Shown: positions 16,399 to 25,493 of the stretch, piece after piece
How positions within the stretch are numbered: the first letter of the stretch is position 1
How the letters are laid out: each line of letters begins with the position of its first letter
Origin: Escherichia phage UP19
Sequence record: OX638288
Reading direction: 5' to 3' (one strand)
DNA: 64,000 nt
The notes under the pieces: generated by a model
What the model saw: the letters and a program-made list of their open reading frames with translations, nothing else
Told to the model about the DNA's origin: nothing
Databases searched by the model: none
Made by a program: the position numbers and the translations under genes

Positions 16399-17379
16399 AT
16401 GTTAACTATCAAAATCAACAAAGGTATCTATCGCGGTAATGAAATCTCTGGTACGTTCATGAGTTCAGGTAAAACCTGGTTCCCAAATAAAATTCATGAA
16501 TCTGAAGCTCACCTCGGTGATGGCAAGGTATTCGTGCAGATTGATGGTGTTGAACGTGGTGTATGGGTGTTCAAATGTGACGTTGAAATGGAAGGCGCTG
16601 AAGCTCCTGCAATGGTTACTGAATCCGCTGAAGAAATGAAACATCGTATCAACAAACGTTTTAAAGTAATGAACATGATGACTAACGGAATCATCGATGG
16701 TAAAATTCGTTCCCTTATCATCTCTGGTGCCGCAGGTATTGGTAAAACTTATTCTTTGGATAAAGCATTACAGAATGCCCACGAAAATGAAACTATCGAA
16801 TATAAATCAATCAACGGAAAGATTAGTGGAATCGGTCTTTACGAGCAGCTTTGGAATAACCGCGGCCCTAATAGTGTTCTTCTTATTGATGATGTTGATG
16901 TATTCTCTGACATGGATATTCTGAACCTTCTGAAAGCCGCATTGGATACCGGTGAGAAACGTAAGGTGTGCTGGAGCACTTCAAGTTCTTATCTCGATGA
17001 TAAAAATATCGATAAAGAATTCGAATACGAAGGCACCATCGTGTTCATCACCAACGTTGATATTGACCGTGAATTAGAGCGTGGAACTAAACTTGCTCCG
17101 CACCTCCAGGCTTTAGTATCTCGTTCAGTTTACTTAGACCTCGGAGTTCACTCTAACGAAGAGATTATGGTTCGTGTTGAAGACGTTATCCTGTCCACTG
17201 ATATGATGCAAAATCGAGGTCTGACCGATGCTGAGACTTATCAAGCACTGGCATGGATGAAGGCTAATGTATCTCGTCTTCGTAACGTATCATTACGTAC
17301 AGCTCTTTATCTGGCGGACTTCATTGCCACCGATAAAAATGACTGGAGCGAAATCGCTGAAGTTACACTTCTGAAATAA
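16399..17379 (+). CDS. AAA+/P-loop ATPase-like protein with N-terminal extra domain (326 aa)
   Basis: ORF track 16384..17379 (GTG) trimmed; Walker A GAAGIGKT, Walker B LLIDDVD. Confidence 0.65.
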   Translation: MLTIKINKGIYRGNEISGTFMSSGKTWFPNKIHESEAHLGDGKVFVQIDGVERGVWVFKCDVEMEGAEAPAMVTESAEEMKHRINKRFKVMNMMTNGIIDGKIRSLIISGAAGIGKTYSLDKALQNAHENETIEYKSINGKISGIGLYEQLWNNRGPNSVLLIDDVDVFSDMDILNLLKAALDTGEKRKVCWSTSSSYLDDKNIDKEFEYEGTIVFITNVDIDRELERGTKLAPHLQALVSRSVYLDLGVHSNEEIMVRVEDVILSTDMMQNRGLTDAETYQALAWMKANVSRLRNVSLRTALYLADFIATDKNDWSEIAEVTLLK

Positions 17380-17389
17380 AGGTGAAATT

Positions 17390-17731
17390 ATGTTTGAACA
17401 ATTTATTTACAATCTTTATAAAGCAGGTTTGGCCCATCGTAATGCCATGAAACAGTCCGTCGAGGACTATGATAAAGAAGTTATCGACGGATATACTAAT
17501 AGAGTTTATAAAACAGATTGTGAAGAAGGAGACTACAAGAGACTGCTCTTGGCTGCGAAGACTCAGGCCTTAATAAATCTAGACCGTAAGCAGGTAAAGT
17601 TGGCAGGCGACTTCCGAGGTGAACTCTGCGCCATCAGGAATGAATATCGCATTCGTATTGAACATCAACGGAAACCTAATACCCAATCAGCGTGGTTTAG
17701 TGGACATGCCGGTGAAAAAAGTTTCTATTAG
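17390..17731 (+). CDS. hypothetical protein (113 aa)
   Basis: ORF track. Confidence 0.5.
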   Translation: MFEQFIYNLYKAGLAHRNAMKQSVEDYDKEVIDGYTNRVYKTDCEEGDYKRLLLAAKTQALINLDRKQVKLAGDFRGELCAIRNEYRIRIEHQRKPNTQSAWFSGHAGEKSFY

Positions 17732-17733
17732 TT

Positions 17734-17762
17734 GTTTACATCTCCAGTAGAAATGATACTAT
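17734..17762 (+). promoter_or_regulatory. T4-type early promoter (GTTTAC 17734-17739, TACTAT 17757-17762) within inverted repeat CTCCAGTAG/CTACTGGAG
   Basis: arms at 17742-17750 and 17774-17782, the latter covering the SD. Confidence 0.6.
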
Positions 17763-17788
17763 AGACCTATCAACTACTGGAGGTTATC

Positions 17789-18313
17789 ATGAACGCTAAA
17801 GATATTTTTTCACTGATTAATTTTAACAATGGTAATTTCAAATCTGAAAAACAAAGCAAGTTCTTTAACGACGTTGCTTGTGGTAATGAGATTACCGTAT
17901 CTGGAGGAGAGATTTACAAAAGCCGTTGGAACTGGATTGCTGTCATTGATTCAGTTGGTATTGTAGAGCTCTATAAAAACACTAACAAAAAACGTACTCT
18001 TCACTGGAGTCGTGAAACCAATCAAGCTTATCAAGCTGAACGTAACAAACGTTTAATGCCTACTGAATCTGACCTGGCAAACGTTAAATCAGATATCGCT
18101 TATTTTGATAACTTGATTGCTGAACAACAAGCGGTTATTGATAAGTTTGATGAAATCAAAGCTTGTAAAGAGATTCCTGAATTCATGCGGGAATCAGTAA
18201 ACGAACAATACGCCCTCACTTCAGGTCGTATCGAACAGTACAAATCGCAACGAGCTGAACGCCAAGCTCTGCTTCAGAAATTTGAAGAGCGTTTAAAGAC
18301 GGTTCTCGCATAA
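17789..18313 (+). CDS. hypothetical protein with C-terminal coiled coil (174 aa)
   Basis: ORF track. Confidence 0.55.
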   Translation: MNAKDIFSLINFNNGNFKSEKQSKFFNDVACGNEITVSGGEIYKSRWNWIAVIDSVGIVELYKNTNKKRTLHWSRETNQAYQAERNKRLMPTESDLANVKSDIAYFDNLIAEQQAVIDKFDEIKACKEIPEFMRESVNEQYALTSGRIEQYKSQRAERQALLQKFEERLKTVLA

Positions 18314-18376
18314 ACGCTTTATACCAAGGATGGTATAATGGTTCTAGGTTCTTAATTACTTACTGAGGAAATTATT

Positions 18377-19222
18377 ATGTCACAGGCAATTAATCAAATT
18401 CGTTCTGAAGTTAAAAAAGTTATTAAATTTGGTCATATTCCGAGTTCCAAAGAAGTGGTTGAAAAGGTCCTATATATGATGTGGGACAAGTTCAATGTTT
18501 GTACTGTTAAAGATGACTTCACTAAAATCTTTGACAAGACTAAAGGTTCGTTTACCTTAGAAGACCGAGTCATGAAAACTCTTCGTAAAACAGGTATGTT
18601 GTCTCGTGCTAATGCCAAAATTATTCTTAAAAATTATAACAAAGGCTACGACCTCTATGGTCGTTTAATCCCGGCGATGTCATTTGACGAAGTGGTTAAA
18701 GACCTTAATACTAATCAACGTCGTCTACTGGCTCTTGGCGCTCGCCTTGCAAAAGGCCAAGATAAACAAATGACATTTAAGACTAATGGTTCAGGTGATT
18801 GGATTATCTTTAATATTGTTAACCACCCTAGAAATGAAAATGAGTATACCATTTCCCATTACAGTGGTTGCCAATACGACAACTGGAAGTTCCATCTCCG
18901 ATTAGCCTTGTCTGAATTAGAACAGCACGGTGTTCTTAGTTTTGGTGATGCCGAAACTGGAGTGGGTCAGCGTATTAAACTTTATAAAATTAAAGACCTG
19001 GCTGAAGAGCATCCAGAACAAGCTCCTAAAATGGAACCTGTACCAGTGCGCAGCAATGAGAAACATCAAGCCCAGATTGAGTATTTTAGCAATTTGATTA
19101 CTTGCTTGAATGTTACAATCCAACAACAAGATGATGAGATTTTCCGACTCTCTGGTCTGAATGCCAAAGCTAAGGCTGAACGCCAGAAATATATCGATAT
19201 CCTAAATCTTCTTAAGGGTTAA
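18377..19222 (+). CDS. hypothetical protein (281 aa)
   Basis: ORF track; shares upstream leader and N-terminus MSQAI with ORF 26197. Confidence 0.55.
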   Translation: MSQAINQIRSEVKKVIKFGHIPSSKEVVEKVLYMMWDKFNVCTVKDDFTKIFDKTKGSFTLEDRVMKTLRKTGMLSRANAKIILKNYNKGYDLYGRLIPAMSFDEVVKDLNTNQRRLLALGARLAKGQDKQMTFKTNGSGDWIIFNIVNHPRNENEYTISHYSGCQYDNWKFHLRLALSELEQHGVLSFGDAETGVGQRIKLYKIKDLAEEHPEQAPKMEPVPVRSNEKHQAQIEYFSNLITCLNVTIQQQDDEIFRLSGLNAKAKAERQKYIDILNLLKG

Positions 19223-19306
19223 TTATGGAATGGCTCGCTGTTCTTGGATATGTAATCGTAGCCACGGGTGTTCTGTGGCTAATTTTCTCAAACATTGTAG
19301 GTTAAT

Positions 19307-19522
19307 ATGGAAATCTTAGGTTTTATTCTCCTTTACTTTGTGCTAGGATTTATGACGACCTTTATCATTCATAAATCAGGTGATTGGAATCCAATCGAAA
19401 TTGAATCAAGCTATGATGCAGTATTCATTACACTAGTATGGCCCCTACTTTGGGTTGTTTTGGTCATTATGATGGTGTTTTGGCCTATTGCTAAATTCTA
19501 TGAAAAATTATTTGGACTTTAA
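19307..19522 (+). CDS. hypothetical membrane protein (71 aa)
   Basis: ORF track; two hydrophobic helices. Confidence 0.5.
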   Translation: MEILGFILLYFVLGFMTTFIIHKSGDWNPIEIESSYDAVFITLVWPLLWVVLVIMMVFWPIAKFYEKLFGL

Positions 19523-19523
19523 T

Positions 19524-20405
19524 ATGAACATTAAAACACGTAAAGAATACTCTATATACGACCATGACACGACTCGTCGTATCGCTATCGATCGGCTAGC
19601 CGACTTTGGCTATATTCGTAATGGTAATTATACTTATGGTGTAGGACGTAAAGGAACTTATATCGGTTCTTTGAACGATTATTGCCGTTGCCCAGCCCAC
19701 CTGTTTGGTGCAACATTGCGGGCTAATATCAAAGACCTCTTGGCTACCGCAGGACGTATTTCTACGGTTCCTGTTAATATCAAAAGTATTAATTTTACGG
19801 CTCGTAACCTAGTCATTAATATTCTGGCTGACGGTATTCAAGTTCGTTTCCGTCCTACCTCAAAAGGTAATAAGGCCCTTCGTGAAGCATTCGAAACCTT
19901 ATTCAGAGAAGCAATGACTCGTATTAAGGCCGTAGAATCATATAAAGTTACAACCGATGAATATGCTGATTGTTCTGGACGGGCTGATGCGGTGTATTTT
20001 AATGTTAAACTAACTCGTGAATATCTTTTGTCTTATGCCCCTTATCAATCCCAACAAAAGGACCCACAAATGGAACGTCGTATATCTATCGCTACCTCTA
20101 CAGTATCATGTGACAGTGTAGGCCAGTATGCAGCCTATGACAAATTCAAAACCACTGCTGTGCCTAGTCCATTCAATTCCGAACCATATCATTGGAAAAT
20201 TAAACCTGATAATTCTTTGGTTGTTACTAACCCTACGATGAAACCTATTGAGACCTATTATGCAGATAGCATTCAGGAATCAATCCACCGTTTAAATGGT
20301 CAGATTGAAGATGAGAAAAAGAGCATTCAAGACGTATTGACCCGCATCAAGAATATGGAAAACCAGCGTGACAAGCTCAGCGCGGCACTATTAGCTCTAA
20401 AATAG
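19524..20405 (+). CDS. hypothetical protein (293 aa)
   Basis: ORF track 19488..20405 trimmed to ATG after previous stop. Confidence 0.55.
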   Translation: MNIKTRKEYSIYDHDTTRRIAIDRLADFGYIRNGNYTYGVGRKGTYIGSLNDYCRCPAHLFGATLRANIKDLLATAGRISTVPVNIKSINFTARNLVINILADGIQVRFRPTSKGNKALREAFETLFREAMTRIKAVESYKVTTDEYADCSGRADAVYFNVKLTREYLLSYAPYQSQQKDPQMERRISIATSTVSCDSVGQYAAYDKFKTTAVPSPFNSEPYHWKIKPDNSLVVTNPTMKPIETYYADSIQESIHRLNGQIEDEKKSIQDVLTRIKNMENQRDKLSAALLALK

Positions 20406-20406
20406 T

Positions 20407-20436
20407 GTTTACATCCAAGGACGGATGGAGTATAAT
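20407..20436 (+). promoter_or_regulatory. T4-type early promoter (GTTTAC 20407-20412, TATAAT 20431-20436)
   Basis: 18-nt spacer. Confidence 0.55.
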
Positions 20437-20464
20437 CCTTTTATCAACTACTGAGGAGAATATC

Positions 20465-21475
20465 ATGACCCGTACTGAATACATCAATGCCTTTACTAAG
20501 TATATCACTGACAATACCCCTCCATTAACACCGTATGAGGTGATAGTTTCTAATATCAATAAATGGGTAGACCAAATTGATAAAGCATTATCCAATTGTT
20601 TCAAAGATGAAATCGAAAAGATTGCAGGCCGTTTGTTTATTTCTGATATCGTAGATACATTTAAAGGTTCTCGACTGCTTTCACGGTTGGTCAATAAGGA
20701 TATCCTTTCAGAGTTTGGCAAAGAGAAACACCCAGGTTCCAGCCACGTTGTTAGCTACCAATGGTTTGGTGATGTTTTAAAAAGCTATATCAAAATGAAA
20801 GGTACCGACCCTAAGGGCTTATTTCCTTTACGTTGGGCCGGTGAATTTAAGGCTAACTCCGCATTAATTCTAAAAGCAGCAACCAAAACCTTTGTAAAGG
20901 GTGATTGTCGTACTATCCACCCTATGGCTGATGGCATGATTAAAACAAACAACTATAAAGGGAAGGTGCTTATTTCTATTATTTGGTCGCCTAGTTGGAA
21001 ACCTAAAGAAGTTGAAGTTTCGAAATACCAAGATATTTCCTACAATACCCTGAATATTGTAGAACAAGCTTTAGCTTTGATGGATACAGTAGAGAAATAT
21101 GAGATTCAAGAAATCAACCACCACTTAGGCTGGAAAGGATATGAAGTTTTAGTAACAGTTCGCGAAATCAAATGCCCTGTTCCAAAAACCGACGCTGAAA
21201 TTTACCAAGAAAAATGTGAGGAAATTGTGAACACTGATAAAGAGCCTGCAACCTTAGAAGACTTGATTGATGAGCTGAATGGCCCAAGGCTACTGGCCTG
21301 TGCACCAATTACTAAATCCAAGCCGCCAGAAGTAGTTGTTCTGGAAAAAGCATATAAAGATGCCCTTGCTATCAACAAAAAACTGACCGGACAATATACT
21401 GCTGCCAAGAAACTTTGGGAAGAGTCTACCAATCGTCTGGATAAACTGGAACAAGCCCTGGAGCTGTTGAAATGA
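20465..21475 (+). CDS. hypothetical protein (336 aa)
   Basis: ORF track 20405..21475 (GTG) trimmed to ATG after GAGGAGAA. Confidence 0.55.
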   Translation: MTRTEYINAFTKYITDNTPPLTPYEVIVSNINKWVDQIDKALSNCFKDEIEKIAGRLFISDIVDTFKGSRLLSRLVNKDILSEFGKEKHPGSSHVVSYQWFGDVLKSYIKMKGTDPKGLFPLRWAGEFKANSALILKAATKTFVKGDCRTIHPMADGMIKTNNYKGKVLISIIWSPSWKPKEVEVSKYQDISYNTLNIVEQALALMDTVEKYEIQEINHHLGWKGYEVLVTVREIKCPVPKTDAEIYQEKCEEIVNTDKEPATLEDLIDELNGPRLLACAPITKSKPPEVVVLEKAYKDALAINKKLTGQYTAAKKLWEESTNRLDKLEQALELLK

Positions 21476-21693
21476 AATACCAATTAGCTGACGATATTGA
21501 CCAAACTATTCCTGATTGGAATGCTGTTATTAAAATTGTCGAACGTCGTGAAAAAGCTTCTAAGAATGTTCCAAACTGTCCTATGTGTGGAACTGAACAG
21601 GTCCAGTTGGTTCAATGGCGCCATAATCCGCTTCAGTATAAATGCCGCCATTGTAAACACCGATTTGAGCGAGACGAAAATGGCAAAGCGTAA
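21472..21693 (+). CDS. zinc-ribbon protein (73 aa)
   Basis: CPMCG...CRHCKH. Confidence 0.5.
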   Translation: MKYQLADDIDQTIPDWNAVIKIVERREKASKNVPNCPMCGTEQVQLVQWRHNPLQYKCRHCKHRFERDENGKA

Positions 21694-21916
21694 AGAATAT
21701 GTAGAGGCCGCCGATAAGGCGGTTCGTGAACTTACTCTGGCTTATTATAAAGAGCATGGTAAATTCCCGGACAGTTATTCAGTATTGAAATCTGCTTTAA
21801 CTCGTTCATATAATAATATGCGTTCAGAAGTTTATGATATTATGGACAAACATAAAGAACAAACCGGTCAATACCCGGATTATACTGAGACCTTCAAACA
21901 AGTATTAGGAATTTAA
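21677..21916 (+). CDS. hypothetical protein (79 aa)
   Basis: ORF track 21497..21916 trimmed to internal ATG. Confidence 0.45.
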   Translation, partial: KMAKRKEYVEAADKAVRELTLAYYKEHGKFPDSYSVLKSALTRSYNNMRSEVYDIMDKHKEQTGQYPDYTETFKQVLGI

Positions 21917-21917
21917 A

Positions 21918-22181
21918 ATGTTTAAAATTTATGGTTATGATTCAAATATTCATCGTTGTGTTTTCTGTGATAATGCTAAACGTTTTTTGGATGTTAAGAA
22001 ACAACCTTACGAATTCATCAACGTTATGCCAGAAAAAGGTATGTTTGATGATGAGAAGATTGCTCAACTCCTGGCTGCACTTGGTCGCGAATCTCAAATC
22101 GGTTTGACCATGCCGCAAGTATTTGCCCCTGACGGAACTTCTATTGGTGGCTTTGACCAACTGCGAGCATATTTCAAATGA
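21918..22181 (+). CDS. nrdC: glutaredoxin/thioredoxin NrdC (87 aa)
   Basis: MFKIYGYDSNIHRCVFCDNAKR... matches T4 NrdC as recalled; CVFC active site. Confidence 0.9.
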   Translation: MFKIYGYDSNIHRCVFCDNAKRFLDVKKQPYEFINVMPEKGMFDDEKIAQLLAALGRESQIGLTMPQVFAPDGTSIGGFDQLRAYFK

Positions 22182-22339
22182 TTGAATTATCATTAGTTAT
22201 TTTGTATCTTATCATCGGTATTGGTTATGCTAAGACCCTAGCTAAATTGGATGATTCGGGTGATTTTTGTTGGTGGTTGACGTCTATGATTTGTTGGCCT
22301 TTATTTCTGGTTGGTGCTTCATTCTGGAACTTCAAATGA
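22178..22339 (+). CDS. small hydrophobic protein (53 aa), below ORF-track cutoff
   Basis: ATGA overlap with nrdC stop; translated by eye. Confidence 0.35.
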   Translation: MIELSLVILYLIIGIGYAKTLAKLDDSGDFCWWLTSMICWPLFLVGASFWNFK

Positions 22340-22512
22340 CCGAATTTGATACAGCTTATGAAACCTGCGCAGGAGAGTTTGATACTCCTGCCCCTAGTAA
22401 AGAAACCGTATTGGCAAATCTCCCGGTTTGGTTAAAAGAAGAAGCCAACGAATGGGGCTGGACTGATACCTGTGTACGTGACCAACTATTTGAATTTATG
22501 GCGGAGTTATGA
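22336..22512 (+). CDS. hypothetical acidic protein (58 aa)
   Basis: ORF track 22267..22512 trimmed to ATG. Confidence 0.45.
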   Translation: MTEFDTAYETCAGEFDTPAPSKETVLANLPVWLKEEANEWGWTDTCVRDQLFEFMAEL

Positions 22513-22817
22513 TTGAATTAAATGAACAGACTATTTTTCTAGGTGATGGTACTGAAGATGACCTGGAATATAAACTATACGAGTATATGGTTTGGTTGGC
22601 TAAAGCAGAAGGTATTGACTTTGTTGTGGCTAATCCATATGGCGAGAACACCGTTGTAATCGGTGGCACTGCTTATGAAGTCCAATGGCAATACGTTGGG
22701 CTTGAATCTGAAGAATTTGAAGAAGATGAACATGGTGATTGGCATCCGGTTGGTCCCTGGTTCTGGGAAGACGGTGAACCCGATTTTGAAGTATCAAGTT
22801 GGTGGCGTGACCATTAA
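22509..22817 (+). CDS. hypothetical acidic protein (102 aa)
   Basis: ORF track; ATGA overlap. Confidence 0.5.
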   Translation: MIELNEQTIFLGDGTEDDLEYKLYEYMVWLAKAEGIDFVVANPYGENTVVIGGTAYEVQWQYVGLESEEFEEDEHGDWHPVGPWFWEDGEPDFEVSSWWRDH

Positions 22818-22950
22818 GCCCTGGTATACCGCTCGATGGGAAACCGTCGAGCCAGAGGAACCGGTTTACAACGATTCCGAAATAGATTATAATGAACCTT
22901 CAAACAATGATTTAATCGATATGGAGTTTGGATATGAGTACCAAAATTGA
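22726..22950 (+). CDS. alternative-frame ORF overlapping 22509..22817; possible frameshifted continuation
   Basis: ORF track 22663..22950; frame stays open about 130 nt beyond the frame-0 stop. Confidence 0.3.
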   Translation: MNMVIGIRLVPGSGKTVNPILKYQVGGVTIKPWYTARWETVEPEEPVYNDSEIDYNEPSNNDLIDMEFGYEYQN

Positions 22951-23107
22951 AGTTGGCCGTCATAAAGGCCGTCTGATTGAACATTCACTTTACGAATTGT
23001 CGGATTCCCGTAAGTTACCTGATGAAGAATCTGCTTTAATTTTTGCTGCAGCCGATTATATTCATTGGCTTGAAGCTCAACTTCGCTTTTCCGATGAGGC
23101 CTTCTGA
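22934..23107 (+). CDS. small protein (57 aa), below ORF-track cutoff
   Basis: translated by eye; TGATG overlap with next gene. Confidence 0.35.
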   Translation: MSTKIEVGRHKGRLIEHSLYELSDSRKLPDEESALIFAAADYIHWLEAQLRFSDEAF

Positions 23108-23409
23108 TGAATTTATTTGAATTTGAAGGTAAAACTGTTCGTATTACTGAAGAAGATGTCGACCATTATGTTGACTGGCCTGAATTAAACGGCAATCGCG
23201 GTTTTGAGTCAGGCGAGCTCTGTGAAGGTGCTGAAGTTAAAATCTTGAAGGTGGAGATTTCTCCATGGGGCAATCCTGAAATCATTGGCGTAACTGCTAT
23301 CGAATTCAATGGTAAGGTATACGAATACACTAAAGAAATGTTTGAAGATACTAAAGCTTCATTCTGGTGTTTTTGGACTAACGATGATAATGAATTTGAG
23401 GTCGCATGA
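23107..23409 (+). CDS. hypothetical acidic protein (100 aa)
   Basis: ORF track. Confidence 0.5.
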   Translation: MNLFEFEGKTVRITEEDVDHYVDWPELNGNRGFESGELCEGAEVKILKVEISPWGNPEIIGVTAIEFNGKVYEYTKEMFEDTKASFWCFWTNDDNEFEVA

Positions 23410-23582
23410 AAACTGCATTAGTCTATACCGAAAAGTTAAATGGTGACAAAGTCTGGAAACTTCTTATTAAAGGAAGTCCTACCGACCAGTTTATGGCCAC
23501 CTGTATTGGATTGTATACTCGTCCTACTAAAAAGATGATTCGTCAATTTAAACGGTTGCATCGCTCATTTTATAATGTTTAA
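23406..23582 (+). CDS. small basic protein (58 aa), below ORF-track cutoff
   Basis: translated by eye; ATGA overlap. Confidence 0.4.
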   Translation: MKTALVYTEKLNGDKVWKLLIKGSPTDQFMATCIGLYTRPTKKMIRQFKRLHRSFYNV

Positions 23583-23617
23583 TAAATACCCTTATCTAAT
23601 ACAGGTAAGGGTTTATT
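23581..23617 (+). promoter_or_regulatory. late-promoter-like TAATAAATA plus hairpin sequestering gene 49 RBS
   Basis: arms AATAAATACCCTTA (23581-23594) and TAAGGGTTTATT (23606-23617) are near-complementary; same arrangement known for T4 gene 49. Confidence 0.5.
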
Positions 23618-24091
23618 ATGTTGTTGACTGGTAAATTATACAAAGAAGAAAAACAAAAACTTTATGATGCACAGGATGGTAAGTGTTTAATCTGTACCCG
23701 TGAATTAAACCCTGATGTTCAAAGCAACCACCTTGACCATGACCACGAATTAAACGGGCCAAAAGCTGGTAAGGTTCGTGGGTTACTATGCAACCTGTGT
23801 AATGCCGCAGAAGGACAAATGAAGCATAAGTTTAACCGCTCTGGTCTTAAAGGTCAAAACGTTGACTACCTCGAATGGTTAGAGAATTTGCTTGTCTATC
23901 TGAAATCTGATTATACTGAAAACAATATCCATCCTAATTTCGTTCCTGATAAAACCAAAGAGTTCAGTAGATTAGGTAAGGAAGAAATGATTGCTGAAAT
24001 GCTTTCACACGGAATGACTTATAATGAATCTGACACAAAGAAACAAATGGTCGATTCATTTAAAAAACAACTGAGGAAATCGCTTAAATGA
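23618..24091 (+). CDS. 49: endonuclease VII (Holliday junction resolvase), 157 aa
   Basis: MLLTGKLYKEEKQK...HLDHDHELNGPKAGKVRGLLCNLCN matches T4 gp49 as recalled. Confidence 0.95.
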   Translation: MLLTGKLYKEEKQKLYDAQDGKCLICTRELNPDVQSNHLDHDHELNGPKAGKVRGLLCNLCNAAEGQMKHKFNRSGLKGQNVDYLEWLENLLVYLKSDYTENNIHPNFVPDKTKEFSRLGKEEMIAEMLSHGMTYNESDTKKQMVDSFKKQLRKSLK

Positions 24092-24185
24092 TTAATTTTT
24101 ATGCCTTAACCGAATCTATGAACGATATTATCCGGCGCATGGGTGTTGAGTATCCTGCTCAATGGTTATTTGTTGTAACTAATAC

Positions 24186-24413
24186 ATGGACTATCGTATG
24201 AATAAATTTCGTAATGCTGCTTCTGATATCCTGGCCAATATTACATTTGTCCTGTTTATTGTGTGCCTTTTAATCCTGGTTATCCCATTTGGATTGCTGT
24301 TCGTTATTATTGGTGCATTGAGTACTGAAAAGGGTCTTGAAGGGACTGAGTTCGACAAACGAATCCAGGCTGTTCATAGTGTTATTTCTAAAATGATGAA
24401 GGTGAAAGAATGA
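24186..24413 (+). CDS. hypothetical membrane protein (75 aa)
   Basis: ORF track; hydrophobic core. Confidence 0.45.
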   Translation: MDYRMNKFRNAASDILANITFVLFIVCLLILVIPFGLLFVIIGALSTEKGLEGTEFDKRIQAVHSVISKMMKVKE

Positions 24414-24706
24414 AACGTTTTGAAGAGTATGTAGCTTTGAATTGGACCGCATGGGACAAGTTCGGTAATGACTGGTACTTCCATGACTGTGACCTGAACC
24501 CTGAATTCTTTAAAGGTAAGGAAGACGACCTTAAGGACATCTATGCTCTGTCAGAGATTCATGGTATTAAACCAACGGTTTATTTCTCTTTTGATGACAC
24601 TGGTTTCCTTATCCAGATTTACGTCCCATACGGAACTAATGAAGACGAAGTTATCAAAACTTGGGACTACCAAGGAGTTATTTCCTGTGGACCAAAAGTT
24701 AACTAA
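24410..24706 (+). CDS. hypothetical protein (98 aa)
   Basis: ORF track; ATGA overlap. Confidence 0.5.
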   Translation: MKRFEEYVALNWTAWDKFGNDWYFHDCDLNPEFFKGKEDDLKDIYALSEIHGIKPTVYFSFDDTGFLIQIYVPYGTNEDEVIKTWDYQGVISCGPKVN

Positions 24707-25004
24707 AATTGAGATTTACGGTATCCCTGAGACAGTCATGCGCTGTCCAGGGTGCATTGCAGTTCTATCGCTCCTAAATTCCCTTTCTATCCCACATACT
24801 TTCTATCCTGTGATTAACCAGACGCCGTCAGGCGCAGTATATGACAAGCCTCTTATAGTATCATTGGCCAAACGTGCCGGCTTCAAGAGCTTAGCTATAC
24901 GCTATCCTGTAATCTTTGTTGATAATAAGAAAATAGAAAATATTCCTGCCTTCAAATCCCTTTTGATTGAGCTTGGCTATGACCGAGATTTAATTGAAGA
25001 TTAG
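24687..25004 (+). CDS. thioredoxin-fold protein with CPGC motif (NrdH/glutaredoxin-like), GTG start (105 aa)
   Basis: ORF track 24543..25004 trimmed to GTG 9 nt after AAGGAG; KIEIYGIPETVMRCPGC. Confidence 0.45.
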   Translation: MDQKLTKIEIYGIPETVMRCPGCIAVLSLLNSLSIPHTFYPVINQTPSGAVYDKPLIVSLAKRAGFKSLAIRYPVIFVDNKKIENIPAFKSLLIELGYDRDLIED

Positions 25005-25005
25005 T

Positions 25006-25034
25006 ATTTACTTCCTCTCCTCACGTGTTATAGT
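25006..25034 (+). promoter_or_regulatory. T4-type early promoter-like (ATTTAC, 17 nt, TATAGT) with inverted repeat CTCCTCA/TGAGGAG
   Basis: arms 25017-25023 and 25051-25057. Confidence 0.45.
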
Positions 25035-25063
25035 CTATCCTATCAACACATGAGGAGAACATT

Positions 25064-25240
25064 ATGACTATCCAAGATAAAGAAATTAAAGTCAACCAGT
25101 ATTATTCAATCAACGGCAAAGCTGTTCTAGTAACTGAAATATCTAGCCTAGACGTGTGGTATACCATAATTGACCTTAATATTAAAACGATTTGTGACCG
25201 TGGTGTATTTTGTTCGATAGCTAAGGAAATTAAATTATGA
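25064..25240 (+). CDS. small protein (58 aa), below ORF-track cutoff
   Basis: translated by eye; GAGGAGAA SD. Confidence 0.4.
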   Translation: MTIQDKEIKVNQYYSINGKAVLVTEISSLDVWYTIIDLNIKTICDRGVFCSIAKEIKL

Positions 25241-25491
25241 GCCTGAAATTGCATTCAATGAAAAATGTCATCACCCTTAATCTGGATGATGAGCGCCTAA
25301 TTTTTCTCACCGTCACTGATAAGAATATTGAAATTGCAAATGGTCCTAAGACTTATTGCTGTCCTGTTAAGAATTGGAAGCATGTAACCTTTTTGACCCT
25401 GGCCGACCGTCTGAAAGACCTTAAGTTGGATTTGGATATCAAAGACATCCAGTACATTAAAAACCTTATTGGATACAAACTGTTGAGGTAA
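25237..25491 (+). CDS. hypothetical protein (84 aa)
   Basis: ORF track. Confidence 0.5.
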   Translation: MSLKLHSMKNVITLNLDDERLIFLTVTDKNIEIANGPKTYCCPVKNWKHVTFLTLADRLKDLKLDLDIKDIQYIKNLIGYKLLR

Positions 25492-25493
25492 CT

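Noticed and set aside
24543-24686. Long N-terminal extension of the CPGC thioredoxin-fold ORF
   Set aside because: The extension overlaps ORF 24410..24706 in another frame and lacks an SD; GTG at 24687 after AAGGAG is the more plausible start.
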